From positions 1 to 39,736 of the forward strand of contig JBHLSH010000029.1 in the NCBI GenBank assembly GCA_048881705.1: 39,736 nucleotides of DNA, given 5' to 3'. The position numbers were made by a program, and so were the translations under genes. The notes beneath the pieces were generated by a model. The model made no database searches. It had not been told where the DNA came from and saw nothing but the letters and a program-made list of their open reading frames with translations. Positions 17,404 to 26,612 of the stretch are shown here, piece by piece (position 1 is the stretch's first letter; each line of letters begins with the position of its first letter). Source of the DNA: Candidatus Heimdallarchaeota archaeon (lineage in GTDB: Archaea > Asgardarchaeota > Heimdallarchaeia > Hodarchaeales > Hodarchaeaceae).

Positions 17404-19755
17404 TTAACGCTTCTTACGTACTATTCCGAAGTAAACGTAGAAAACGCACACGATTCCCAAAGCAAAGGCCAGTATGAGAAGATAAGTATCGACTAGGGGA
17501 AATTTGGGCTGAATGCTTGAACTTGATGTTGTTACAAAGGATGAATTATTAGGAAAAGAGAAGAAAATCAAGGTTTTGTTGAGGAGAAGACGTAAAATAG
17601 ATTTTGGTACCATTTCAGGTTGAAACATATAATTTACCAGTTTATAACCGCCTGAATCAACATAATATCCCTTTGTATCATAGTTAGGAAATTCAGGATT
17701 TTCATCGCGTAGAATAGGCAGAGCCCCGAACATAAGATCAGCTACCTCGCCGTCGCTCCGTCGTGTTTCACGGAGGGTATCGTTTTTCCCTAGCTCGAAC
17801 ACTGGAATATCACCTAAGAAATCTTGGCCAATAATTCGAGAGGTTGGTGCTCGGAAATTTTTCGGACTGGAAGCTCTAAAAATCTCCCGTATTTCCTCCC
17901 CATAGGCTGTTTCTTGAAAACTAAAATCAAATAGAGTATAGCTACACATTACCATAATCCGTGGAGGATTATTATTCTGAGATTGCGTCAAATAATCCTT
18001 TATTTCTTTAAATTCTAGATTATTAATGTGTGAACCACTTAATGGCGTAATAGCAGGGTTTCCAATCCATAAAATAGCTTTATATTCTTCTAACATATTT
18101 GAGGATACCGCTGAGTCAGATAAAGAGGAACTCTGGACAACTTCATATTCACCTCTTAATCCCAATGAATCCAAGGCTTCCAATATTGGAATCTCGGATG
18201 TTCTGCCCAAATCATCATCTACAATTAATATCGATCCGTTTTTATTATCAACATCCACGATAATGAAGTCTGAATATCCTCTGAAGGGAATGGTGGCATT
18301 ATCGAGTGCTCGGGCACGAACAATGTGAGTTCCTTCTCTTTCTTCGGTAGTATCCCATTCATAAGAGTACAGACTCGGATTTGACGCATTACACGATAAC
18401 CATGGACCGTTATCTATTGAGATTTCTACGCTAGTTATCGATCTGCCACGAGTTCCATTAGCTTTTACCCAAAGTGTCGAAATGTCAGATAGCGGCTGAA
18501 TCGGTTTGATTGGTACAACTTGAGGGATATTACTTGAGTTTGTTACTCGAATCCGGTAAGAAAGGTTGGAATACCTTTCTACTATTTGAATAGCCCAGTT
18601 TGCGCCATATTGGGAGGTACTAAAGCCTCCGATACTACCCAATTTTGGATCAAGAGTAAACGCTGCGTCATTTAAGTTTTCGGCGCTTTCTGGATGGGCA
18701 TCAATCACTTGAAAAGCGGGGTAATATGGATCTGAGATCTGGACTTGGGAGCGAGGATAAACCTGGGTATTTGCGATGATAATTCCGTGGTTCGGAAGAA
18801 CTTGATCATAATTGAGATTTTCTCTGTTGGTGATGGTCCAACCACGGCCATAGTTCTCATTGGCGAATCCAGAAGAATTCCAACCTAATTCGATCCACAT
18901 AATACCTTTTGGCGTTTCGATACCAAGGGGATTTAGAGTAACAAATGTATCGGAATTGAGATTGCCAATCTGCAATCGATAGGACTCATTTAAGAACTGG
19001 GGGGATTCAATCCATGTTACGTGACTGTAGTACTTACTCCAAATCGAAAAATGTCCAGCCCCGCCAGCCATCATTCCATAGGGACCAACATATTCGTGAG
19101 TAAAATCATATTTCCAGTCGTACAAGTCGGGGAATTTCAATGCATGCCCGATTTCATGTGAAGGGGTCTCATAATTGACATATTCGTGGATCATCAAGTA
19201 TGGTAGGTCAGGTCCGCCTTCAAATTGTTGAATAAACCACTGGTGAGACCATATATCATCGGAATTTCCTGAAAACTCCTGGCCGTCTCCCGAGTGTATT
19301 ACAATAAGGAAATCATAATCTAATACGTTTTTATTCTCTTCCTTAGCCTTATTGGCCGCCTCTTTTGCCAGTTCATCTGGCCGAGTATCTTGCCCATTTG
19401 GGATACGATTACCTGCTCCGTAATAAGAAAGTTGCTCTGCGGCTGTGTACCATCCAATTACGTCTCCCTCCAGGGTGAAGGTTCCATAAGAATTAGTATA
19501 ATAATACTGACGAATCGAGGAATTTGTATTGCCGAAAAATAGTTCATTGTAGTGATTGATGGTATGCGTATCATGATGAGGATCGTCATATAACTCCATC
19601 AAGACAACAAGAACTGTCCATGAAATTGTATCAGTGAGAGAGGGGCTTAGTGAAGGCAAATGGATCTCTTGACGCGTGTCAGATTGTATAACGGGGAAAA
19701 CTGTAGGAAAAATCGATATTGAAATTAGAATGACGGCCCAAATTCCAGTTTTCAT
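17404..19755 (-). CDS. Membrane-anchored M6-family (immune inhibitor A-like) metalloprotease
   Basis: Signal-like MKTGIWAVILISISIF (ATG 19755), IIVIHSGDGQE-like segment (LIVIHSGDGQE), HEIGHALKFPDLYD, MMAGG Met-turn, Ig-like domain (SVEISIDNG...YEWDTT...GTHIVRARA), C-terminal TM followed by RKKR. Confidence 0.85.
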   Translation of the reverse strand: MKTGIWAVILISISIFPTVFPVIQSDTRQEIHLPSLSPSLTDTISWTVLVVLMELYDDPHHDTHTINHYNELFFGNTNSSIRQYYYTNSYGTFTLEGDVIGWYTAAEQLSYYGAGNRIPNGQDTRPDELAKEAANKAKEENKNVLDYDFLIVIHSGDGQEFSGNSDDIWSHQWFIQQFEGGPDLPYLMIHEYVNYETPSHEIGHALKFPDLYDWKYDFTHEYVGPYGMMAGGAGHFSIWSKYYSHVTWIESPQFLNESYRLQIGNLNSDTFVTLNPLGIETPKGIMWIELGWNSSGFANENYGRGWTITNRENLNYDQVLPNHGIIIANTQVYPRSQVQISDPYYPAFQVIDAHPESAENLNDAAFTLDPKLGSIGGFSTSQYGANWAIQIVERYSNLSYRIRVTNSSNIPQVVPIKPIQPLSDISTLWVKANGTRGRSITSVEISIDNGPWLSCNASNPSLYSYEWDTTEEREGTHIVRARALDNATIPFRGYSDFIIVDVDNKNGSILIVDDDLGRTSEIPILEALDSLGLRGEYEVVQSSSLSDSAVSSNMLEEYKAILWIGNPAITPLSGSHINNLEFKEIKDYLTQSQNNNPPRIMVMCSYTLFDFSFQETAYGEEIREIFRASSPKNFRAPTSRIIGQDFLGDIPVFELGKNDTLRETRRSDGEVADLMFGALPILRDENPEFPNYDTKGYYVDSGGYKLVNYMFQPEMVPKSILRLLLNKTLIFFSFPNNSSFVTTSSSSIQPKFPLVDTYLLILAFALGIVCVFYVYFGIVRKKR

Positions 19756-19890
19756 AACATTATAAGCCCCAGTACGTACTTTATTGCCCATCATAGGCCT
19801 ATATGAATACCAGTATGTAAACTTAGTAGTGACCATTAACAATCGAAACATGGATTTTTCAACGCACCTATCGCAGGAATTGATCATGGA

Positions 19891-20904
19891 ATGGTGGATA
19901 AAGAAACGATCAGAAAAATAGTCGACCTACTTCTCCAGAAAATAGAAACAAAGGATCAAGAGATTGGGCGTCTCCTGGTTTTGGATCCCTTTGATAAATT
20001 CGATGATAGGATAGATCTCTGGGCAATTCGAAAAAGCGTATTAGATTTGAAAGAAACTACGGTAACAGATTTAGATGAGATCCGTGATATAGAAATTAAA
20101 CTCACGTTTGCCCCGCCCACGTTCTTTTCCCACGTGATTGAAGGAAGGGACGTACCCTATTGGCAAATTGCTACGGTTTCTCGTCTGTTAAATCATGGTA
20201 ACATTGTTTATGATCCGCACGGTCAAGTCCAGGAGTGGATTGATAATCTTCCCCGAATTGAATGGAATCCCGAAATAGTCTCTCTCAAACGAAAAACGAC
20301 CCAAATGCTTCTTGAGAGGATGAAGAACCGCATTCGCGAGGACATGCTCGCAGATGCTTATATATGGCTGATTAAATCAGCTGAGGAGGCATTCTGTATT
20401 CCTCTGATGGAAAACAAAGCTTTCAACGTTGGAACCGCCTCACTCATGTTAGATACTTTACGGCGAGGTGATCAGTATCTCTATGGTGCTTTCCACGAAT
20501 TGCTACGTGTTTCTTCTTTCAACGTTGAAAAACTAGAACGGGCACGATCTGAATTAGAACGATTAGCTGATCACTTATTCCAAGAGAATATCAAAACAGA
20601 TCGAGAGATGTGGATTCTATCAGCCTTTGTGTCTATCAATGAATCCGAACGAAGGTTAATCCAGTATAAACGGGCAGTAAAAGAAGGGAGTGATTCTCAG
20701 GAGACAGTAGCACTATTTGACACCGCTGTAGGAGAACTTTGGCAAGCTTATTTTCTAGTAGCGCAATATCCCCGTTCGAAATTTAAACTGGATCCGTATG
20801 TTGTGAGTTCTTTTTGGAATTGGTTTGGTTTTGAAGATATAAATGAGGAGTGGTTGATCAAACAGGGCAATGAAATACTCTCGATGGTTGGGACGTCAGA
20901 ATAA
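19891..20904 (+). CDS. Hypothetical protein, possible degenerate nucleotidyltransferase fold plus helical domains
   Basis: DRIDL, DIEIKL and GNIVYDPHG resemble minimal-nucleotidyltransferase elements, but the GS motif is missing; the C-terminal two thirds are helical. Confidence 0.55.
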   Translation: MVDKETIRKIVDLLLQKIETKDQEIGRLLVLDPFDKFDDRIDLWAIRKSVLDLKETTVTDLDEIRDIEIKLTFAPPTFFSHVIEGRDVPYWQIATVSRLLNHGNIVYDPHGQVQEWIDNLPRIEWNPEIVSLKRKTTQMLLERMKNRIREDMLADAYIWLIKSAEEAFCIPLMENKAFNVGTASLMLDTLRRGDQYLYGAFHELLRVSSFNVEKLERARSELERLADHLFQENIKTDREMWILSAFVSINESERRLIQYKRAVKEGSDSQETVALFDTAVGELWQAYFLVAQYPRSKFKLDPYVVSSFWNWFGFEDINEEWLIKQGNEILSMVGTSE

Positions 20905-20919
20905 CTCGTTTAGCCGGTA

Positions 20920-21843
20920 TCAAAAGGATTTGAACCAATTCCAAGTCTTCTCAATTCCATTATAAAGATCTGTCTTGGGCGTCCAGCCAAGTAACCGTAG
21001 AGCCTTTTTAGAGTCTAGCGCAATATGATGAATATCACCTGGTCTTGGTGGGTAGAACTGCTTATCTGCTTTAAGTCCCGTTACCTGCTCAATAATATTT
21101 ATCAAATCTAATACGCTTGTTTGTTGCCCAGTTCCACCGTTAAAAACCTCATTCATGGGTTCACCCATCACTTTGACACATAAATCTACTATATCATCCA
21201 CATATACATAATCTCTTGTATCTAAGCCGTTTCCGAAGATCGTCAATGGTTTTTTCTGTCTTAGAAGGTCTAGAAAAATGGATATAACGCCTGCCTCGCC
21301 GAGCGGATCTTGTCGTGGACCAAAAATGTTAGCAGGCCGTATGATCCCATAGGAAAGCCCATACTGCTTGTGATACCAGACGACGTATTTCTCGCCACTG
21401 AGCTTACTAAGGCCATAAGGGGACTCTGGAGACTCTGTCATCGTTTCAGATGCTGGAATTGATTTTGGTTCACCGTATATGGCACCTCCAGTTGAGGTAA
21501 AGACCACTCGTGAGATTTCATTTTTACAAGCGGCGTTTAGAACATTTAAGATCCCATTGATATTGACACTAGCATCATATAACGGTTCACGAACGGAACG
21601 ACTTACCGAAATTTGAGCTCCAAGATGATAGATTGCCTCTACCTCCTTTACAAGAGATTGAACCGTCTTGCTATCCCTCAGGTCACCAGAAACAACCTCA
21701 ATTCGGTTTATGCATGCTTGAAGGTTCTGTTTCTTTCCTGTACTAAAATCATCTAAACAGACGATAGAATGGCCTTGTTGTAGGAGAGCTTCAATCAGGT
21801 GACTTCCTAGAAATCCTGCACCTCCTGTGACTAAATATCGCAT
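20920..21843 (-). CDS. NAD-dependent epimerase/dehydratase (GalE-like extended SDR)
   Basis: TGGAGFLG, STGGAIYG, YGLSK (YxxxK), GPRQDP. Confidence 0.95.
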   Translation of the reverse strand: MRYLVTGGAGFLGSHLIEALLQQGHSIVCLDDFSTGKKQNLQACINRIEVVSGDLRDSKTVQSLVKEVEAIYHLGAQISVSRSVREPLYDASVNINGILNVLNAACKNEISRVVFTSTGGAIYGEPKSIPASETMTESPESPYGLSKLSGEKYVVWYHKQYGLSYGIIRPANIFGPRQDPLGEAGVISIFLDLLRQKKPLTIFGNGLDTRDYVYVDDIVDLCVKVMGEPMNEVFNGGTGQQTSVLDLINIIEQVTGLKADKQFYPPRPGDIHHIALDSKKALRLLGWTPKTDLYNGIEKTWNWFKSF

Positions 21844-21985
21844 TAAAACACCTTAAAACTCTGAAACGGTATATAATCTGTAGTATAAGCGGAAATAGAA
21901 GCGTGTTAAAGAATTTTTTTCATCGCAAGGAGAATAATAGGAACTACTAAAAGCCTGGAAACCTTGTCAGAGTTGGTGGCAAACC

Positions 21986-22783
21986 GTGAAACTAGGTATC
22001 TCAAACGGGGTTCTAATAACAGTAAACTTTGATATCATTAATAAATATCCTCAGATACCGGATATTCGACGTGTGATCCGCGATATCACCTCCTTGGATC
22101 GAGCAAATGCTGTTAGGTTAGATAAATTTCCTAAACCAGATCTTCCTCAATGTTTTCCATCGAAGATCATATGCCTGGCAAAAAATTATGCTGAACATGC
22201 CCGAGAAATGGGGGTTCGGCCTACAGACCTACCAAAACAACCTTCAATATTCTTAAAACCCCCTTCTGCTCTGGTTGGGCCTGGGGAAAACATAATGATC
22301 CCTTCACAGACGCAGGAAGTTCATCACGAAGTAGAACTTGCAGTGGTTATAGGTAAACGAGTGAAGGATGTCCCTGTCGATGCGGCCATGGGTGCCGTCT
22401 TTGGTTATTCGATCCTTCTTGACATTACAGCTCGAGATCTTCAGTCAGTCGCAAAGCAGATGGGAAGACCCTGGTTTGTTAGCAAGGGATTTGACACTTT
22501 TGCTCCAATGGGTCCGTATGTGGTTACAACAGAAGAGATTAAGGATCCCCATAATCTTGATCTAGAATTAAAGGTCAATGGAGTCACTAAACAGAAGGGA
22601 AACACTAGAGACATGATTTTTAAAATCGAGCAGATTGTTTCGTATTGTAGTACAATATCGACGCTGGAACCTGGTGATATAATTGCGACAGGTACCCCCG
22701 AAGGTGTTGGAATATTTCATAGAGGAGACCAACTCGAGGCAACCATTGATTCCATTGGGGAACTTCGGTTGGGAGTGGTTTGA
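21986..22783 (+). CDS. Fumarylacetoacetate hydrolase family protein
   Basis: KIICLAKNYAEH, IFLKP, HHEVELAVVIG, DITARDLQ, SKGFDTFAPMGP, GDIIATGTPEGVG. Confidence 0.96.
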   Translation: MKLGISNGVLITVNFDIINKYPQIPDIRRVIRDITSLDRANAVRLDKFPKPDLPQCFPSKIICLAKNYAEHAREMGVRPTDLPKQPSIFLKPPSALVGPGENIMIPSQTQEVHHEVELAVVIGKRVKDVPVDAAMGAVFGYSILLDITARDLQSVAKQMGRPWFVSKGFDTFAPMGPYVVTTEEIKDPHNLDLELKVNGVTKQKGNTRDMIFKIEQIVSYCSTISTLEPGDIIATGTPEGVGIFHRGDQLEATIDSIGELRLGVV

Positions 22784-23169
22784 ACGACATTCCTAGACCT
22801 TTTATTATCCCAATGTTCTTCCGAAGGCCAGCCGCGATCTTCGTATCAAATTTCCCCCTATCACTTAGTTTTTCATTTCCAAGAGACACAATTCGTTAAA
22901 TTTTTAGAAGATATCAATGCATTTAAGGTTAATGCGGAATTTGCAGAATCGAGGGCTTTCGGATCTCTGGATGTCCACCTCGGGATCGAATTAAGCGGGA
23001 ATCATCATTCCCGAGTCACATGTAGGATCGATAATTTATCTCCATCTTTTTTTCAATGGATTGAGGCCGAATTTCCATCCCTGGCAATTTTTACGAGAGA
23101 AATTTTCTGGAATCAGTCAGAAAGCTGATTTTTCGTGCAGTGATATCTTCTCCAAAGAAATCATGTGGC

Positions 23170-23195
23170 ATTATCAAACCCACTGGTTTGATAAT
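23170..23195. repeat. Perfect 11-bp inverted repeat with 4-nt loop, possible terminator or protein-binding site
   Basis: ATTATCAAACC-CACT-GGTTTGATAAT, lying between convergent genes. Confidence 0.45.
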
Positions 23196-23335
23196 AGGGG
23201 AATTTCATTACAAAACAATGCATTGAGGAGTTTTTTCTACAAATTCATTGATTATTTCACACTAGGTTCTCATATTGAGAAAAGAGAACCGCTTTTATCC
23301 CTCAATGTTTTCAGTACCGATTCCATGATTTTCTT

Positions 23336-24247
23336 CTATAGATTTCCTCGTTTTCTATTTAGTTTTAGTTTCGAGAACATCAGAATCGTTAAAATCGCGG
23401 GGGGAAGAATTGAGAATGTCCAGCCGGGGGACGAATGTCCATTTGTAGCTGATGCACTTACGGTTGCTTTGGTTTTTGTAGTTGTGTGCTTTGGATACCA
23501 CTCATAGAAGGACTCAAGAATAATAACATTGCACTGGGCGAGTTCGCTGAATTGAAGAGCATCGTTTTTTGTTCCAGCTGTGGCAGTATAATGCATTGGA
23601 ATAGCATACTCTAAATCAGAAGAGTTTTTTAGGTCCTCTACCGCGCCTGCAGCTTCTGCTGCTGTCATCCATGCATAACCTGAAACAGGCAATAATGCGA
23701 TATCTGTTACAACAGCTTTCATCTCTGGGATTCTATCTGTATCTCCAGCGTGATATACCTTAACACCGTTGAAATCAATGATTACACCCATCCAGCCGTA
23801 TTCTGGAGGGTGAAAAAGGGTGTTACTTTCAGGACGATATTTGTCAACATTATAGGCTGGAACAAACTCGAAACTCAGATTCCCGTATGATCTTGTTTCT
23901 CCAATGTCAACCGATGAATATTTAACGACCTTTGTCTCATCATCAATCAATTTATAAATATCTGGTTTAGAATTATGCGGTGTATGACTATGTGTTATGA
24001 GTATAAAATCAGCAGGCTCAAAAACCGGGGTCATATACTCTGCGATGCCATAAGGGTCAATATAGATAATTGTATTATTCCACTTGAACTTAAATCCTTC
24101 AACTAGCAGCATCCGGATTTCAACCCCCTCATAATCGAATTTTTCGACCTGCAATACAGTTTTTTCAGGCATAAAACCTTTAGAATCAACTGCATTGATA
24201 TGATTAAAAAGGATTACGCATATAAGTATTACAAGGGTCTTTTTCAT
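23336..24247 (-). CDS. Secreted, C-terminally anchored MBL-fold protein
   Basis: Signal peptide MKKTLVILICVILF, IYIDPY, THSHTPH, YHAGDT, DIALLPV, IPMHY, Thr/Ser-rich linker, SPGW plus hydrophobic stretch plus basic tail. Confidence 0.85.
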   Translation of the reverse strand: MKKTLVILICVILFNHINAVDSKGFMPEKTVLQVEKFDYEGVEIRMLLVEGFKFKWNNTIIYIDPYGIAEYMTPVFEPADFILITHSHTPHNSKPDIYKLIDDETKVVKYSSVDIGETRSYGNLSFEFVPAYNVDKYRPESNTLFHPPEYGWMGVIIDFNGVKVYHAGDTDRIPEMKAVVTDIALLPVSGYAWMTAAEAAGAVEDLKNSSDLEYAIPMHYTATAGTKNDALQFSELAQCNVIILESFYEWYPKHTTTKTKATVSASATNGHSSPGWTFSILPPAILTILMFSKLKLNRKRGNL

Positions 24248-24418
24248 GTGAGAAAAACCATGGATTATGGGATATTACCATGTTTAAAAGGAATTCATTC
24301 GTGGCAAATCCGGCTAGGCTTAGAAGTCTTGAACTCGATAAATCTGATATCTCATAACAATAATTATAGAATAGAATCAATTAGCTTTCAGGAAGCTTTG
24401 AGATGAATGAACAGAATT

Positions 24419-24814
24419 CTATTGATCACGTGATCGAGTGATATGAGTGCGTATAAGAGATAGTAGATCATCAGCACTGAAGGGCTTGTTAATATAATCA
24501 TCTGCACCTGCCTCTTCACCTGCAATCCGATCTTTTTTTCCAACTTTGGCTGTAAATAGTAATACTGGAATTTTTTTCAGATTAGGTTGCGATTTGATCC
24601 ATCGACAAACTTCAAGTCCGTCAATTTTAGGCATTAAAACATCTAACAGGACAAGATCTGGTTTAATATCTGTAGTTTTTAAGAAATCAATTGCCTCCCT
24701 TCCATTGCTCGCTGAAAACACATTATAGTTTTCATATTCGAGAACCATCCTCGCTAGTTCAACTGTATCTTCTTCGTCATCTACAACTAAGATAGCGCCC
24801 TTGTACTCTTCCAT
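24419..24814 (-). CDS. Stand-alone response regulator receiver
   Basis: LVVDDE, LVLLDVLMP, FTA, KPF. Confidence 0.95.
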   Translation of the reverse strand: MEEYKGAILVVDDEEDTVELARMVLEYENYNVFSASNGREAIDFLKTTDIKPDLVLLDVLMPKIDGLEVCRWIKSQPNLKKIPVLLFTAKVGKKDRIAGEEAGADDYINKPFSADDLLSLIRTHITRSRDQ

Positions 24815-25361
24815 TCTCCATACACCACTGTTTTCTCAATTATTTCAGCAAAAAGGAAATATTTTGGATTGAATAAATACCTGGATTCGGTTGTTGAGAT
24901 TCTTGCCCATGCGGGGTGATTCCCTAGGAATGATATCTTATCTATCGACTATCTATTTGTCCTCACTTATAAAGGTTAGAAAACGATTTCGACCCAAATC
25001 GAAGAATCATTTAAAGAAAAATCATTATCGCCAGGATTGTGGGAGACAGGAACGTACCCAACAAGAGTTAGGACGGTGGCTGCCGGATATCTTCTATTGG
25101 AACATTTGGAAGTCAATAAACCACCGAAATCGACATTAGGCGCCGTTCACGCTCCCAGAAGTGAAAAAGCTCATCTATTCATATTTCGATATAAAAAGTA
25201 CACTCCCCCTCTATATTGCACGGCCAGCCCCTCGGTGCCAATGTTGGCCTGCTCCGATTCCAAATGGATTTGGATTTTGTCTTATTCAAACTATACAGTA
25301 TATACCGGAATTTGGCCTCTAACCTAAAAGGCTTTCAACGTTAGTTACCTTAGATTACTAA

Positions 25362-26612
25362 ATGGGTATCTCAGAAATTTTCGGAACATCTGGAGAAGAA
25401 TTGAAGGGGAAGCGGATATTAATTGGGGTAACTGGTTCCATTGCAGCTATTGAAGTGCCTCACCTGGTTAGGGAGATCTTAAGACATTCTGGAGATCCCA
25501 TAGTGGTTCTTTCTGAAGCTGCTTCCCGTTTTGTGGCAAAAGATGCGTTAACTTGGTGTATGGATAAAGAACCGTACACTCAAATTTCTGGGGTCTCAGA
25601 ACATATTCAATGGACATCTAATCCTCAATCAAAGGTTGATCTTTTTATTATCTGCCCCGCAACCGCCAATACAATAAATAAAATGGCTCATGGTATTGCT
25701 GATGGTCCTGTTACATTGACAGCATTGGCGATTATTGGCGCGAAAATACCCTTGATTATTGTTCCCGCTGCTCATTCCGTCTTACTTGATAATCCAATAA
25801 CAGAGGAAAACGCTAGATTTCTAAGAAAGAAAGGAATTATTGTCTATTCAACGCCAGAAGATGAAGACAAGCACAAGTTTCCTCCTCTTAAAGAGTTGAT
25901 GGATCTAATTATTGAGACAACTACATTAAAAGCTGAATTGGAAAGTAAAAGATATTTAGTTACTGGGGGAGCAACGCGCGAGTATATTGATGACGTTCGA
26001 TTTATTTCAAACCCGTCAACTGGAAAAACAGCGTTCTTTATCGCTGAAGCCTTGAAAAGAAGGGGTGCCGGGGTATTGCTCGTTTTGGGGGAAGGAAATA
26101 CCATATCAAAAGACACCTCTCTAATTCCATCTCGTGTTGTACGTTCTGCCAAGGACATGTATGAAACCGTAACAAGTGAGCTTTCAACTGGCCGTTATGA
26201 TGCATTTATTTCGGTCGCAGCCGTTTCCGACTATCAGCCAACCCGAACTAATGGTAAAATTCCATCTAACAAGAGAGACTTATCTTTGGAACTGATCCCG
26301 ACCGTCAAGATCCTTGGTGCGGTTAGGGATCAATATCCGGATCTTTTCATAGTTGGATTCAAAGCAGAAGTGGGAGTTTCTCGTGAAGAGCTTTTAGACC
26401 GTGCTACTACATCATTAAGGAAAAATAGACTAAATCTAATCTGCGCAAATTGGGTTGGGGAACCTAACAGGGGTTTTGCTTCGCCAACAAATGATTTATT
26501 TGTTATAGGCCCAGAAAAAGATCCTATCTTTCTGAGAGGTTCAAAACGAGAACTGGGAGAAAAACTCGTTGATTTAATAACCAGTGCAATGACTCAAGGG
26601 AGGGCGAATTGA
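25362..26612 (+). CDS. coaBC: Bifunctional phosphopantothenoylcysteine decarboxylase/synthetase, archaeal type
   Basis: GVTGSIAA, CPATANTINKMAHGIAD, VTGGATREYIDDVRFISNPSTG, AAVSDY, VGFKAE, ICANWV. Confidence 0.96.
   Translation: MGISEIFGTSGEELKGKRILIGVTGSIAAIEVPHLVREILRHSGDPIVVLSEAASRFVAKDALTWCMDKEPYTQISGVSEHIQWTSNPQSKVDLFIICPATANTINKMAHGIADGPVTLTALAIIGAKIPLIIVPAAHSVLLDNPITEENARFLRKKGIIVYSTPEDEDKHKFPPLKELMDLIIETTTLKAELESKRYLVTGGATREYIDDVRFISNPSTGKTAFFIAEALKRRGAGVLLVLGEGNTISKDTSLIPSRVVRSAKDMYETVTSELSTGRYDAFISVAAVSDYQPTRTNGKIPSNKRDLSLELIPTVKILGAVRDQYPDLFIVGFKAEVGVSREELLDRATTSLRKNRLNLICANWVGEPNRGFASPTNDLFVIGPEKDPIFLRGSKRELGEKLVDLITSAMTQGRAN

Noticed and set aside
19756-19887. Longer start for the M6 protease
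   Set aside because: It would leave only 3 bp to the divergent gene and bury the signal peptide.
22781-23128. Selenocysteine or stop readthrough extending the FAH protein by 114 aa
   Set aside because: The FAH domain ends at its normal C-terminus (LRLGVV), the TGA is not at a Cys-equivalent position, and I see no SECIS-like element.
24891-25327. Two short + strand ORFs before coaBC
   Set aside because: Overlapping, no motifs, atypical composition.
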